This document shows, one piece after another, positions 37,605-50,064 of a stretch of 64,000 nucleotides of DNA (within the stretch, counting starts at the first letter, position 1; each line of letters starts with the position of its first letter). The translations under genes and the position numbers were made by a program. The DNA comes from Felis catus (taxonomy: Eukaryota). The DNA is taken from positions 111,478,001 through 111,542,000 of the forward strand of contig NC_058368.1 of NCBI RefSeq assembly GCF_018350175.1. Reading direction: 5' to 3'. The notes beneath the pieces are model-generated. The model saw only the letters and a program-made list of their open reading frames with translations. It searched no databases and was not told the origin of the DNA.

Positions 37605-40600
37605 TGATCTTGGAATCTCTTAAAGCTGGGCTCATCTTTGTGGGTGAGCACCAGGCAGAGCGTCATCTCTGTCTGTGGACCTGCTGTCACGGAGACCCCT
37701 CTTTGGAAGTTGACTCTGCTTTCCTCTAGGCTCACAGTGGTCATGGTGCCCCAGCAGGTGCAGCTGTGACTGACAGGACTGTGTTGTGTGGGCATGGAGC
37801 TCACAGTGGCCCGACCTGGGGGACTGACCTCCCAGCAGTGCCAGGGCACCTCATATAAGGGTCAAAGGAGCAGCAGGATCAGGCGCTTTGGACTGTTTCC
37901 CCTCCTACAGTTAGTGAGGACTCTTCACTTCAAAAGGTGGCATTTTCTGTGTTATTCCTGGGCCAGATGACTAGCAGAGTTGGCAAGGACCTGTCCCTAC
38001 CTTGATGCAGCCATGGTGGAATCTTCTGAAGGCACGGGGAGGACAGGGTTGGCTGACACCCCTTGCTCCCACCTGGCCAGGCCAGAGGCCCTACAGTGCG
38101 CCACCGGCTCCCATTGCTGGGGAGGTATTCTTGAGGCCCTTCCCTTCAGCAGTGCCACCTCTCACGGAGGGAGGAGTGAGCTCTGGCTGGACTGGGAGTA
38201 GGACAGCCACACCTACAGCTGAGGGAAAAAAGGCCCCACACCCACACGGGGGAGTCAGGTCAGCAGAAAACACGTGGGGCAAAGTTGAGAGCGGCTGGAC
38301 AGAGGGTCCCCTGGGTGGCCCCAGGATCTCCGGGCATGGGTGACAGCCCCTCTGAGGCCACAGGACAAGGGCACGTGGAACCCTTTACTCGGTGTTTTGT
38401 TCATACATCCAACTGCTATTTCCTGAGCCGTGCTGGGCGCTGCGGGTGCCATAATGAGAAACCCACAGTCTGGTCCTGGTCCTCTTGGGGCCCTCGGTTA
38501 TACAGGGGAAAGAGTAATCCAGCCAGACTGGTTGAAAGAAATTTCCCCGAGGAAGTGCCTGTTGAATGCAGAGAGCACGAGTCTTCTAAGATACTCAGAT
38601 CATTGCTGCTTGTGAATGTTCACACTCTCAGGGCCAAATTGAGAATTGTGTAAAAATGCCAGGAAGGCTTGCCATGGTGTATGAGACCCATCACCATGCC
38701 GTAGGGGAGCCCTCTGAGGGCAGAGGGTATAGCCTAGCTGTTTCCTGAGGTGCAGAAAACTTGATGCCAATGTCTTGGGAGGTGGGCCAGAAGTGAGCGG
38801 GATGTGTGTGCCCTTCTTGGAGCAGGGAGAAGCCCAGGGCCTAATGCATGCGGTGCTTGAACATGAAGGCTGAGGGCCTCCAGGGGTGCTCTGGGGGCAC
38901 AGCCCTGTCAGTAGAACAGGCAGGCAGGCCTCAGGCCATGGCTCTGATTCAGGGCTGGGGCAAAGCAAACATTGCCAGCTGCTCACACTGTTGTGTATAC
39001 TGTTGGCACGCTGTGTGCCTACGTTGCTTGGGAGAATATGAAAACACATTCCCTTGCTCTCACTAGGAATCTTGAGAATTGCCTTAGGCCTCTGGAAGTG
39101 AACAAAAGATTAAAAAATTAGCCTCAGGTAAGTTGGAAAGTACCATGGTTTTGGAGTGAGGAGATCTGGATCCCTTAATGGGGTGACCCTGGTCAAGGAG
39201 TCTGAGCTTCTGAAAACTCAGCTATTTCCGTAGAGAAATGGGCTGATAAAATGGACCCACTCTAAGGATCAAATGAAATACATGTGAGAGCGTGAAAAAA
39301 GATGCAGTCAGCTGTGGCTGGTGTGTTCTCGCTGTCAGCTCTGCCTCTGTGCTGGGAGGCCGGCTACTCTGGGCCGTGCTGACCCAGGGCAGAGAAGGAC
39401 GGCACAGATGTCAGGGTGGCAGGGAGGACAGTATGGTGCGGAGAGCAGGCAGCAGAGGTCTGGAACCTGCGTTGGGGTTGGGCCGTGAAGGGTCTCTGTC
39501 GGGACCTGGCCCAACAGGATGGGCAGATGGCATGTGACCGGAAGGCCTGGGTCCCCTCAGGGAAGCCCCAGGTATGGGGCTCTGGGCTGTGGCACGGGAG
39601 GGCACGCTGCCTTTAAGGGCACAAGCGGAAGGTTGTCACAGAGCAGAGAGCTGGGAGAGGGTGATGTGCAGAGGGCTGGCCCAGCACTGCTGGCAGAATA
39701 AGCCAGCGGATATTTGGCGCAAAGTCCCAAAGCAGCATTTCTCTTTGGCTCTATTCGTCTGCAGAGCAAACACTGGCAGATTGGAATTCCCACTTGGGCC
39801 CTCACCAACTCAAACAGGCTTGGCCACGACTTTCAGTTGATTTGCTTGGGGCAGAAGTGCTCTGCTTGTCCAGGCCTGGTTGTAGAAAGCAGGACCTTTC
39901 TCACCGCCCCCCAGCCCTCTGATCCAGCAGAACTGTCCCCAGATGGCTTGTTTGTCTCCATGCTGCCAGCCTGGTGGTTTGGTAGCTGCATTGGGATGCA
40001 GGGGACCTGGGCTTGAGTCTTCTGGTCATGCTCAGGCCCTCCCCCAGCTCCTGTGGGAAGGAGATGGAATCCGGGGCTGGAGGTGTTTGGAAGGTGGCCG
40101 GATTTTTTTTTTTTTCTTTCTTATTTTAACAGCTTGTTGCTTCCACCAGCAGGAAGCAGTCTCTATATTATGGAGATCCAGGCAGTGAGTGAGAATATAA
40201 ACTCTGCTATTTATTCCAACAGCCCCTAGAAATCCTACATGGAGAAGCTGGGAACTGCACACCTTGTATTTTCTTCAACTGTGGGTGAGATGGGATGCTT
40301 CCTAAATCACAGCGCCCTTCAGCCAGTCAGGCTTTGCTGTCAGTGGTCTCTCTCCTGGTTTTGGGCTCTGTCCCTGGCTCCAGGTTGCCTGGGCCTGCTC
40401 CTTTGTCTCCCAGGCTCTCAGGAGAGAAGATGACTCTGGATTTCTAAGTAGGCTGCTCAGCAAGGAGAGGTGATGGCTGCCGTTTCTAGTCTCAGGGCTT
40501 GGGAAATGGGGAGAAGGGGGCTAAATGTGACAGAGAGAAATTTGTCAACATGTGAGAGCCTTGCTCTTTCCCACGTTCCACCATCAGGAGCCCTGTCTGT

Positions 40601-40884
40601 GCTTGGTCAGCCCCATGCCTCACCGTCCTCGAGTTCCAGCTCTGACTGTATTTCAGGCTCTGGGTGATGCGGCACTGGGAGGGTGGGGGAGAGCCAGGTC
40701 TGGATTGGAAAGGAAGGAGGGGGCGCGTTTGTGATTTCTTGGTCTCTTCCATGATGGAGAATCAGGGTAATGGGCAAAACAGAGAAAATGAAGAGACCAG
40801 TCAGGCTTGATGGGTCTGCATAATCAGGAGCTGGGACAGGGAGGGAAGAAGGAAGTAAAAGTTGAGGGCTAAGAGTCAGAGACC

Positions 40885-40987
40885 TTTATTTGTTTGTTTA
40901 TTTGTTTAGAGAGAGTGTGTACAAAGTGAGGGAGAGAAAGTGTGCAAGTAGGGGAAAGGGACGGGGGGGAGAAAGAAAAAGGGGGGG

Positions 40988-41037
<50 letters not shown>

Positions 41038-41378
41038 CTTAAGTTGGATCCATGCTTGGCTTGGAGGCTGACCCTGGTCTTGATTCCACAACCCTGGGAT
41101 CATTACCTGAGCCAAAATCAAGGGTTGGATGCTCCCAGTGCCTGGGTGGCTCTGTTGGTTGAGCATCCAACTCTTGATTTTGGCTCAGGTCATGATCCCA
41201 GGGTCATGGGGTTGAACCCCACATTAGCCTCTGCACTGAAAATGCATCCTGCTTAAGATTCTCTCTGTCTTTCTCTCTGCCCCTCTTCCCACTCCTGTGC
41301 TTGCTCACTCACTCTCTCTCAAAAAGGAAAAAAAAGAAGGGTTGGACGCTCAACCAACTGAGCCACCCAGGTGCCCCC
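40885..41378 (-). mobile_element. Can-SINE containing a nested opposite-strand Can-SINE (41135-41336)
   Basis: 15-bp TSD AAGGGTTGGA(T/C)GCTC at 41120-41134 and 41337-41351. Confidence 0.88.
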
Positions 41379-43329
41379 AAGAATCAAAGACTCTTAGAGG
41401 TTCTGACCCAGCTGGAGTGTTAGGCCTGCAAAGGGGTGGAAGGGGGGTGGCAGGTCCTTGTGGGGTGACAACCAGATACTGTCTGATGTTCTCTCTGATA
41501 GGCAAGTCATAGCTGGTATCATTTAAAGATAACTTTTGGTTGCTGACTGTGCCTTTTAAAAATGGAACCCCATGAATAGACGTGACCACGTGGAATCTGG
41601 ATTATATTCAGGCAGCCTCAAGATCATCCTGTGTAATTGGGACCTCTCAGGCTAACACTGGGAAATGTTAAGAGGGCTTTACACACCACCACCTGAACCC
41701 CCAAATGGGCTCAGAGGCTCCTAGGTGAAGCACCCCAGGGGGCGGAGGCATCATATGTGGCTGGCTTTTTGTAAAATGAAACTGAAATCTCAAAAGGAAG
41801 TGGGGAAGATGAAGTGTCTGTTCTAAAACTCTTGGGAAACTGGGGGCTGACCCCAGCCTTTGTAATGGGACAATGCTGGGTGATGGGACAACGCTGTCCT
41901 CATAGCAGAGGCACCCCACCGCCTCCCAGTTCAGCACACGTGCCACTAGACTCCCTCCTTTCCCCAGCAGGACCTTGAGACCCGGAATGGCAGTCTGAGG
42001 TAAGAAGCCTCTTCACGTCTTGCTGCTAGCCGAGAGGAGGAGGAATCCAGGCAGAGTTCAGGCCCAGGCTCCAAAGGTGGTATTTTCGTTGTTCCCATGA
42101 AACAGGTGATAAGACTAAGGTTCAAAAAGGTGATGTAACCTTACCCGTGTCTGTACGACTAAGGGGGAAGAACCAGGATTCACAACCATGCAGCCTGGCT
42201 TTTTAACCACTGTGCTACAATGCTAGCCACAATCCTCTAAGGAATTGTCAGTTCCATTTTATAGGTGGGTGAGCAGGCACTCAGAGGGACTGTCCCTTGG
42301 CCAAGATTGTCATTAAAGCGTGCAGTCAATATTTGAATTCAGGCTACACATGTGCCCCCCTGTTCTACAGCCCTAGAGTAACCTTAGTTTTTCTTCACAA
42401 AGCTATTTTTTGAACTTTAAAAATCAAACCATGATTGCCTTCCGAGCAGGGCCTGGGGCTGCAGTCTGCTGGCCCAATGGCTCCTGGCGTGGCTCTGGGA
42501 GCTCCAGAGATGGAGAACATGGCAAGAAGCAATCTGTGTGTGCAGATGGGTTTTGACTGTGGCGCCTAATCAGGAAATTACAGCCTAGGCAGAAGAGGGT
42601 TTGGCTTACAAGTCACCCTTCCCTGGGTTTCAGTGAGGCGGATGCACTTGGAGGCTTGGCCAGCAGATGGGATGTGTGCTCAGCAGGCAGGATGAGCCAG
42701 CCTTGTCTGTGCTGTCGAGCATCGCCAGCCATCCCTGTGCCTAGAGGGTTGGCCTCTTGGGTGGTAACCTTGAGGTGCATACTTTCTGTCTCTCTGCCTG
42801 CCCCTGCACCCACTGATAACTCATCAGCAAGGGTAGAAGCTGTGGGCACCCAGAGGGGGCACTTTGTGAGTGTCTTGGCTCAAGTAGGTGGCTTTTTACC
42901 TGACCCTTGGATGAGCAAGTGGAAAAGGAGTGAAAATTGGCAGGTGGAAAAAGCCAGGTGTAGTACTATACTTATATGACACCATCTGTATTTTTTTTTT
43001 TAAAGGAGAAATAAATAAAGCCACACACACAAAGTGGCATGGAGATATTTGTTTCCTTCCAGGTGGCGAAGATGATAGACAAAACCTAGTATTGGCCAGA
43101 GTTTGGAGACTGGGCAGCCTTGTCTTCTGCTGGCAGTGTCCATAGGTGTGGCCTTCTCCTAAGACAACTTGTAGTAGAATTTGTTTGTTTGTTTGTCTGT
43201 TTATGTATTTTTGATCTAAAAAATGTTCACTTTACACTTCCTGAAGCTGGCAGTCTCTACTCTCAAGAGTCCAGACAACTGTCCTGATTAGATTTTATGT
43301 ACACATTCCTGTGGCTCTTCAGTTCTTCT

Positions 43330-43366
43330 TTAAAAAAAAATTTGTTTTTTAGTTTATTTATTTTTT

Positions 43367-43401
<35 letters not shown>

Positions 43402-43552
43402 GATCTGGGGAGGGGCAGAGAGATTCCCAAGCAGGCTCTGCACTGTCAGCGCAGAGCCTAAGGTGGGCCTCGAACTCATGAATCATGAGATCATGACCTG
43501 AGCTGAAATTAAGAGTCAGACACTCAACCGACTGAGCCACCCAGGTGACTCC
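43330..43552 (-). mobile_element. Can-SINE
   Basis: Reverse-complement head and (GA)n. TSD-like CAGTTCTTCTT on both sides. Confidence 0.88.
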
Positions 43553-43917
43553 TCAACAGTTCTTCTTGAAGTTTCCCGAAGGTGCCAGCTGACAAATGCA
43601 CAGAGATGCATTGATAAGAATGTTTACCGTGGCCTGTTAATGGAAACACAACAAAAGAAAATAGGAAGTTACCTAAATGTCCACTTGGTGAGGATGATGG
43701 TTAAAGTATTATGAATCTATATATGTGGCCCTTAAAAATAGTGATTTTTTTTTTTTGGTAAGAATAGATGTTCTTGATATTATACTGATTGAAAAAGTGG
43801 CTTCTTGAGCAACATGTGACAGGATATCATTTATGTAATAGTGTGTGCACATGTTTACGTACACATGTGTGCAGGCTGAGGGATGTCTGAAAAGGTGTCA
43901 TTAATAGTGGTTTGGTG

Positions 43918-45508
43918 CAATCCCTATCAAAATAACACCAGCATCCTTCACATAGCTAGAACAAACAATCCTAAAATTTGTATGGAACCAGAAAAGACCC
44001 CGAATAGCCAAAGCAATCTTGAAAAAGAAAACCAAACCAGGAGGCATCACAATCCCAGACTTCAAGCTATACTACAAAGCTATAATCATCAAGACAGTAT
44101 GGTACTGGCACAAGAACAGACACTCAGATCAATGGAACAGAATAGAGAACCCAGAAATGGACCCCCAAACGTATGGCCAACTCATCTTTGACAAAGCAGG
44201 AAAGAATATCCAATGGAATAAAGACAGTCTCTTCAGCAAGTGGTGCTGGGAAAACTGGACAGCAACATGCAGAAGAATGAACCTGGACCACTTTCTTACA
44301 CCAGACTCAAAAATAAACTCAAAATGGATGAAAGACCTAAATGTAAGACAGGAAGCCATCAAACTCCTTGAGAAGAAAGCAGGCAAAAACCTCTTTGACC
44401 TTGGCTGCAGCAACTTCTTACTCAACATGTGTCCGGAAGCAAGGGAAACCAAAGCAAAAATGAACTATTGGGACCTCATCAAAATAAAAAGCTTCTGCAC
44501 AATGAAGGAAATAATCAGCAAAACTAAAAGGCAGCCGACAGAATGGGAGAAGATACTGGTAAATGACATATCAGATAAAGGGTTATTTTCCAAAATCTAT
44601 AGAGAACTTCTCAAACTCAACCCAAAAAACAAATAATCGAGTGAAGAAATGGGCAAAAGACATGAATGGACACTTGTCCAAAGAACTCATACAGATGGCC
44701 AACCGACACATGAAAAAATGCTCAACATCACTCATCATCAGGGAAACACAAATCAAAACCACAATGAGATACCACCTCACACCTGTCAGAATGGCTAACA
44801 TTAACAGGCAACAACGGATGTTGGCAAGGATGTAGAGAACGAGGATCTCTTTTGCACTGCTGGTGGGAATGCAAACTGGTGCAGCCACTCTGGAAAACAG
44901 TATGGAGTTTCCTCAAAAATTAAAAATAGAACTACCCTATGACCCAGCAATTGCACTATTAGGTATTGATCCAAGGGTACAGGTGTGGTGTTTCAAAGGG
45001 GCACATGCACCCCCGTATTTATAGCAGCACTATCGACAATAGCCGAAGGATAGAAAGAGCCCAAATGTCCATGGATGGATGAATGGATAAAGAAGATGTG
45101 GTATATCTATACAATGGAGTATTACTTGACAATCAAAAAGAATGAAATCTTGCCATTTGCAACTACGTGGATGGAACTGGAGGGTATTATGCTAAGTGAA
45201 ATTAGTCAGAGAAAGACAAATATCATATGACTTCACTCACATGAGGAGTTTAAGATACAAAACAGATGAACCTAAGGGAAGGGAAGCAAAAATAATATAA
45301 AAACAGGGAGGAGGACAAAAACATAAGAGACTCTTAAATATGGAGAACAAACTGAGGGTTATGGGAGGGATTGTGGGAGGGAGGATGGGCTAAATGGGTA
45401 AGGGGCATTAAGCAATCTACTCCTGAAATCATTGCTACACCATATGCCAACTAACTTGGATGTAAATTTAAAAATAAATAAACTTTAAAAACTTTTTTAA
45501 AAGGGAAA
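43918..45508 (+). mobile_element. 5'-truncated felid LINE-1 (ORF2 C-terminal part plus 3' UTR), non-functional
   Basis: ORF 44019..44636 is typical L1 ORF2 ([34 protein letters not shown]). Perfect 15-bp TSD AATAGTGGTTTGGTG at 43903-43917 and 45509-45523. In-frame TAG at 43953 and later frameshifts. Confidence 0.95.
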
Positions 45509-45567
45509 AATAGTGGTTTGGTGGTCTTGATTTTTATCCTCATGGTTTTTTGAACTTTAAAATTTTT

Positions 45568-45802
45568 TTTTCAACGTTTTTTTTTTTTAATTTTATTTTT
45601 TATTTTTTTTCATTTTTGGGACAGAGAGAGACAGAGCATGAACGGGGGAGGGGCAGAGAGAGAGGGAGACACAGAATCGGAAGCAGGCTCCAGGCTCCGA
45701 GCCATCAGCCCAGAGCCTGACGCGGGGCTCGAACTCACGGACCGTGAGATCGTGACCTGGCTGAAGTCGGACGCTTAACCGACTGCGCCACCCAGGCGCC
45801 CC
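45568..45802 (-). mobile_element. Young felid Can-SINE (SINEC_Fc-type)
   Basis: TSD TGAACTTTAAAATTTTT on both sides. Confidence 0.95.
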
Positions 45803-45972
45803 TGAACTTTAAAATTTTTAAGAATGAATATATGTATAATCAGGGCAGATAACACAATTGTCACCTTGAATGAAAAATGTTAAGTGGAGTGTGTGTATAT
45901 GTGCACCCACACCTGTGGCGGGTGGAAGGGCGTTCCAAACAGAGGAATGACATGCACAAAGAAACAAAGGTA

Positions 45973-46193
45973 GGGGCGCCTGGGTGGCTCAGTCGGTTAA
46001 GCGGCCGACTTTGGCTCAGGTCACGATCTTGCAGTCCGTGAGTTCGAGCCCTGCTTTGGGCTCTGAGCTGACAGCTCAGAGCCTGGAGCCTGCTTCAGAT
46101 TCTGTGTCTCCCTCTCTCTGACCCTACCCTGTTCATCCTCTGTCTCTCCCTGTCTCAAAAATAAATAAAACGTTAAAAAAATTAAAAAAAAAA
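45973..46193 (+). mobile_element. Can-SINE
   Basis: Full-length, with TSD AAAGAAACAA(A/G)GGTA. Confidence 0.92.
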
Positions 46194-49100
46194 AAAGAAA
46201 CAAGGGTAGATCAGCAGAGGGTTTAGCAAGTACTGAGAGGTTGGTGTGGTCGCAGCTTGCAGGGCAGGGTGGGGTGTTGGGGGATTGGGCAAGTAGATTG
46301 GGGCCAGATCCTAAGGACCATGAGTACTCAGCTTGCCAGTGTGGAAGCGGGGCGGTAACCTGTCCAGATTTGATTTCTGCTGCCTGAGAGAGGCCTTATT
46401 ACCCTCGCTTGGCACTTAAGCCTCCCCTAGTCTCTCTCCCCCTTTCTCTCTCCATATCTCTCAGGACCCCCTTTGCCAGGACTCAGCCTCACCTCCGCTC
46501 CTACACACCCATTCTAAACCTGTTTGTCCTTCAAGGTTCAGGGCCAGGCTTCCTATCACAGGAAGCCCTCCCAGATTGCTCTGGTGACCTTTGATTTCTC
46601 CTTCCTCATACTCTCACCCTTGACCTTTTATACCTGACCTTAACTCAGACTTAATTCCTCCATCCACAGATACTCCCAGGGGAGGGCCGTGGACTGGGAA
46701 TCTTGCCCTAACACCTGGATGCCAGTGATGGACAGCCTGAGATGTGCCAGTTTTAGAGTCCTGGTGGATAGAGGATGAATGGGCAGCAGAGACCCAGGAG
46801 TGATCTGGAGCCTATGTCATGGCACAGTGGCAAACACTGTACATATCTTTTCACAACTAGCCGCACTTTGCAGATGAGGAAACGGGGTCTTGGAGAGGTT
46901 AATGTGGCAGTAAGTGGCGGCACTGAAAGTTGAACCCAGGTCCCGTCTCACTCCAGAGCCCATAGTCTTAACCTCTGTGATACTCTGGTCTTGGACCCTC
47001 ACCCCAAGGAGGTCGGCCGGGCTGGGCTTGAGGTGGTGCCATCGTGTGCCTTGCTGCCCCATGCCCAGTGGAAATGGACTTCAAGGTGGAAAGGTGATGC
47101 CATCTCAGGTGGTAGCTCCTGATCCAGTGGGGGATCTGGGTGCATTGCAGCAGCCCTGCTGAGGCCTCGGCGGGTGTTATCATCCCCAGTGAAGCCAAAT
47201 ACTTGCCCATAGGGCCACCTGGCAGCGGTGTGGTGGGGGAATCTGGAGGGGAGGGAGGCTGAGCCTGCTGACCAACAAAGAGCTTGTAGGTTAAGAACAA
47301 TTTTGTGCCTCTGAAGCAGTAGCCTACCTGAAAGTCTTACATGCTGGACCCAAACCTTGACACTGAACCTCTCAAGAGGCATGATGGCAGGTCCAGTGCC
47401 CATTTGACAGAGGGGAACACCGAGGCTCCACGAAGGGAAGGCTGAGCCCCAGGGAGAAGCCCGCCCCAGGGAGAAGCCCACCCCAGGGGCGAGGAGCCAG
47501 AGGGGTCCTGGCCTCCCCCAGGTGCCCCACCCGGCAGCCCCACCCGATCTCTGTATCGTGGGAGAGTCCAGGAGCTTTGGAGCAGTGGGCACCAAGTTCA
47601 GGAGAAGCCGGGTGTTCAGCATGAATTGCGTGTGCCAGACTGGGTGACTCAAAAGGAGTGCCAGCTTGGGGGATAGAGGAGGGGTCCTTGGCCACACCGC
47701 GTGCGTATGTGTGCATGTGTGTTTTGTGTCAACCTCTTTCATCAGGCCAGGTTTATCCACAGAGACAGACAGGTGTGTGCATGAAAAGGCTGGACTGAGG
47801 GTGGGGATAAGCATCCTTCCCAGTGTGTCTTGGAAAGTTCCCAGATAGGCCACAGGCGGGAACAGTTTGGGGAAACCTCTGCCGGGCCCTGCCACAGCCT
47901 GGCAAGCGGCAAAGTGGCCGGCTGCTTTGTGGCTGCAACGTCCGGGAGACTTTGCCAAGCACTTTCCGTGAAGTCACTGGGACGTTAAGCCCTTGGTTCA
48001 ATTAAATGGGTTAATATGCTTTGTCTGATTCTGATGAATAATAATACTATAATGTGATAATAGCAATAATGGTGCTATTAGCTGTGGTTATTACACGTGC
48101 CTGCACTGTTCCAGGCACGGAGGGGAGGTACATTCCCACACACTCAGGCCTCATTTTCCTCTCATAAAATCCCATTCTTCAAAGCCTCCCAGACCGACTC
48201 CCCTATATCCATTTTCAGGACAAATTACCAACACTTAAAAAAAATTGGTCCATTTTGTGTGAAAGCCAAGTCCAAATTACTGTTACTTTCCCCTTTATGT
48301 TTTGAAATTTAAAAATGGGTAGGGGAGGGGAGCTGAGGGGGACACAGGGGATGGAGAGAGGAGGAGAGGAGGGAGAGGGGGAAAATGTATGATCGAAGAA
48401 GAAAAAACAAGTCTTCTTGTTTCAGTAAAAATGTATTTCTGGAATGATGTTTCAGTTTACTCAGGCAGAAAAATTAGAAATGGTGTGCTTATTAGGCAGG
48501 CTAAGTAAGCATGACTATTTTTAGTAGTGTAGTAAAACCTTGGTAATTTGGACCTCTTTAATAAAGATTCCATGATCATGCTGGCTGGCAGGCACACCCT
48601 GCATGCATGTGTGTGCATGTGTGTGTGCGTGTGTGTGTGTATGCGTGGGCTAGGTAGCAGTGCAAAGAGGTTGCTGTGTTGGAGGATTGGGGCCAGGGAT
48701 TGGGGTGCATTGAGGGGACAGAAGGGACAGGATGGACTCCGTGCCTATGACAGCTGTTTTAAAAACGTGGGTCATCTTTTCCTAGCAAAAAAAAGAAAAA
48801 CATTACAAATTCTTCTTCTTTCGAACATTCCTCTTGGCACCTATTAATTTGACATCCATTTAAAGAAGAATGTATTGAATGCAAAAATTTCGTTTCTGTA
48901 AAAATCTGGCCTGCCCCCTAAATGAGGCTGAATTCTGAGGGTTGACAAGTCATTTCAGGTAGGTGATGACTGATACCTTTGGGATGAGATAGGCACCTGT
49001 GGGCCGGCCACTCCCTGTCCTGCAGATCATAGGTCTTTGTATTTTTAAAATAATATTTGTTTCACGTCATCATTACAAAAGTAACACGTGCTCAGTGCCA

Positions 49101-49221
49101 AACACTTAGGACGAAAAAAAATGCCTCATATCCCACCACCCCAAGGTAGGTGGTGTTAACACTTCATGTACATTCAGATACTTCCCTGTGCATATGTAAG
49201 AGCAAAAATGGTACTGTGTTC

Positions 49222-49227
49222 ATATAT

Positions 49228-49273
<46 letters not shown>

Positions 49274-49435
49274 AGGAATATATATATATATATATATCTA
49301 GGAATATATATATATCTATCTAGGAATATATATATATATATATCTAGGAATATATATATATATTTTCCTAGATACATTCATGTACATATTCATATACAAA
49401 TTCATATACATACTCATATACATACTCATATATCT
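49222..49435. repeat. (TA)n tract with four TCTAGGAA interruptions, an inverted copy, and a short inverted-orientation ATTCAT/ACTCAT repeat
   Basis: Directly visible. Confidence 0.9.
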
Positions 49436-50064
49436 GGGGAGGACCCTGGAGTGGGCCCTGTGCTGCAGGACCACTGCCTGGGGACCAGGGGTGGGCAGCA
49501 AAGTTTGGGGGAGAATTGGGAGACCAGGTTCCATGACTCCCCACTGGCGGAACACCCCAACCCCAGGCAGATGGGCAACCCCCAACCCCAAAGGATCTTT
49601 AAACCTCAGTGCCAGGATGCACCAGGTACATGGATAGGGTGGGGATGGGCGAGGTGGGAGGACAGGTGTGGCACGGCCCACACCTCAACGCTGACCCCAG
49701 CTGCGGACCGATACTGCTGGCATGTGACAGAGGCACGACAGGCACCGCCTCACAGACCCCGCTGCCGCCACTGGACGCCATCATCGCCCCACATCCCAAG
49801 GACCCATTCCTTCTCCGAGGCCAACAGGGCTGACCAGCGGGCCCCATCCTCGCTTCTGAGTGCACTCCTGCCCAACACCAATCAACCCTTGCTGCATGAA
49901 TATGCGAATATGAATATATATAAATATTCGCTACCGAGCACAACCCCACATAGCACCAAGGAACCCTCGCTGTAGGAATATGGGAATATGAATATATAAA
50001 TAAATACATATTCCAATATTCATTCCTGAACGACCCCCGCCCATCACCAAACAACACTAGCTGA

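Noticed and set aside
44019..44636. 205-aa ORF as an active or host gene
   Set aside because: Fragment of L1 ORF2 in a 5'-truncated copy with an in-frame stop at 43953 and frameshifts.
46999..47958. 319-aa minus-strand ORF in the intergenic region
   Set aside because: Non-ATG start, includes simple-repeat translation, and no recognisable protein.
49166..49975. 269-aa ORF spanning the (TA)n tract and the GC core
   Set aside because: The N-terminus is translated microsatellite, there is no recognisable domain, and stop-poor composition explains the length.
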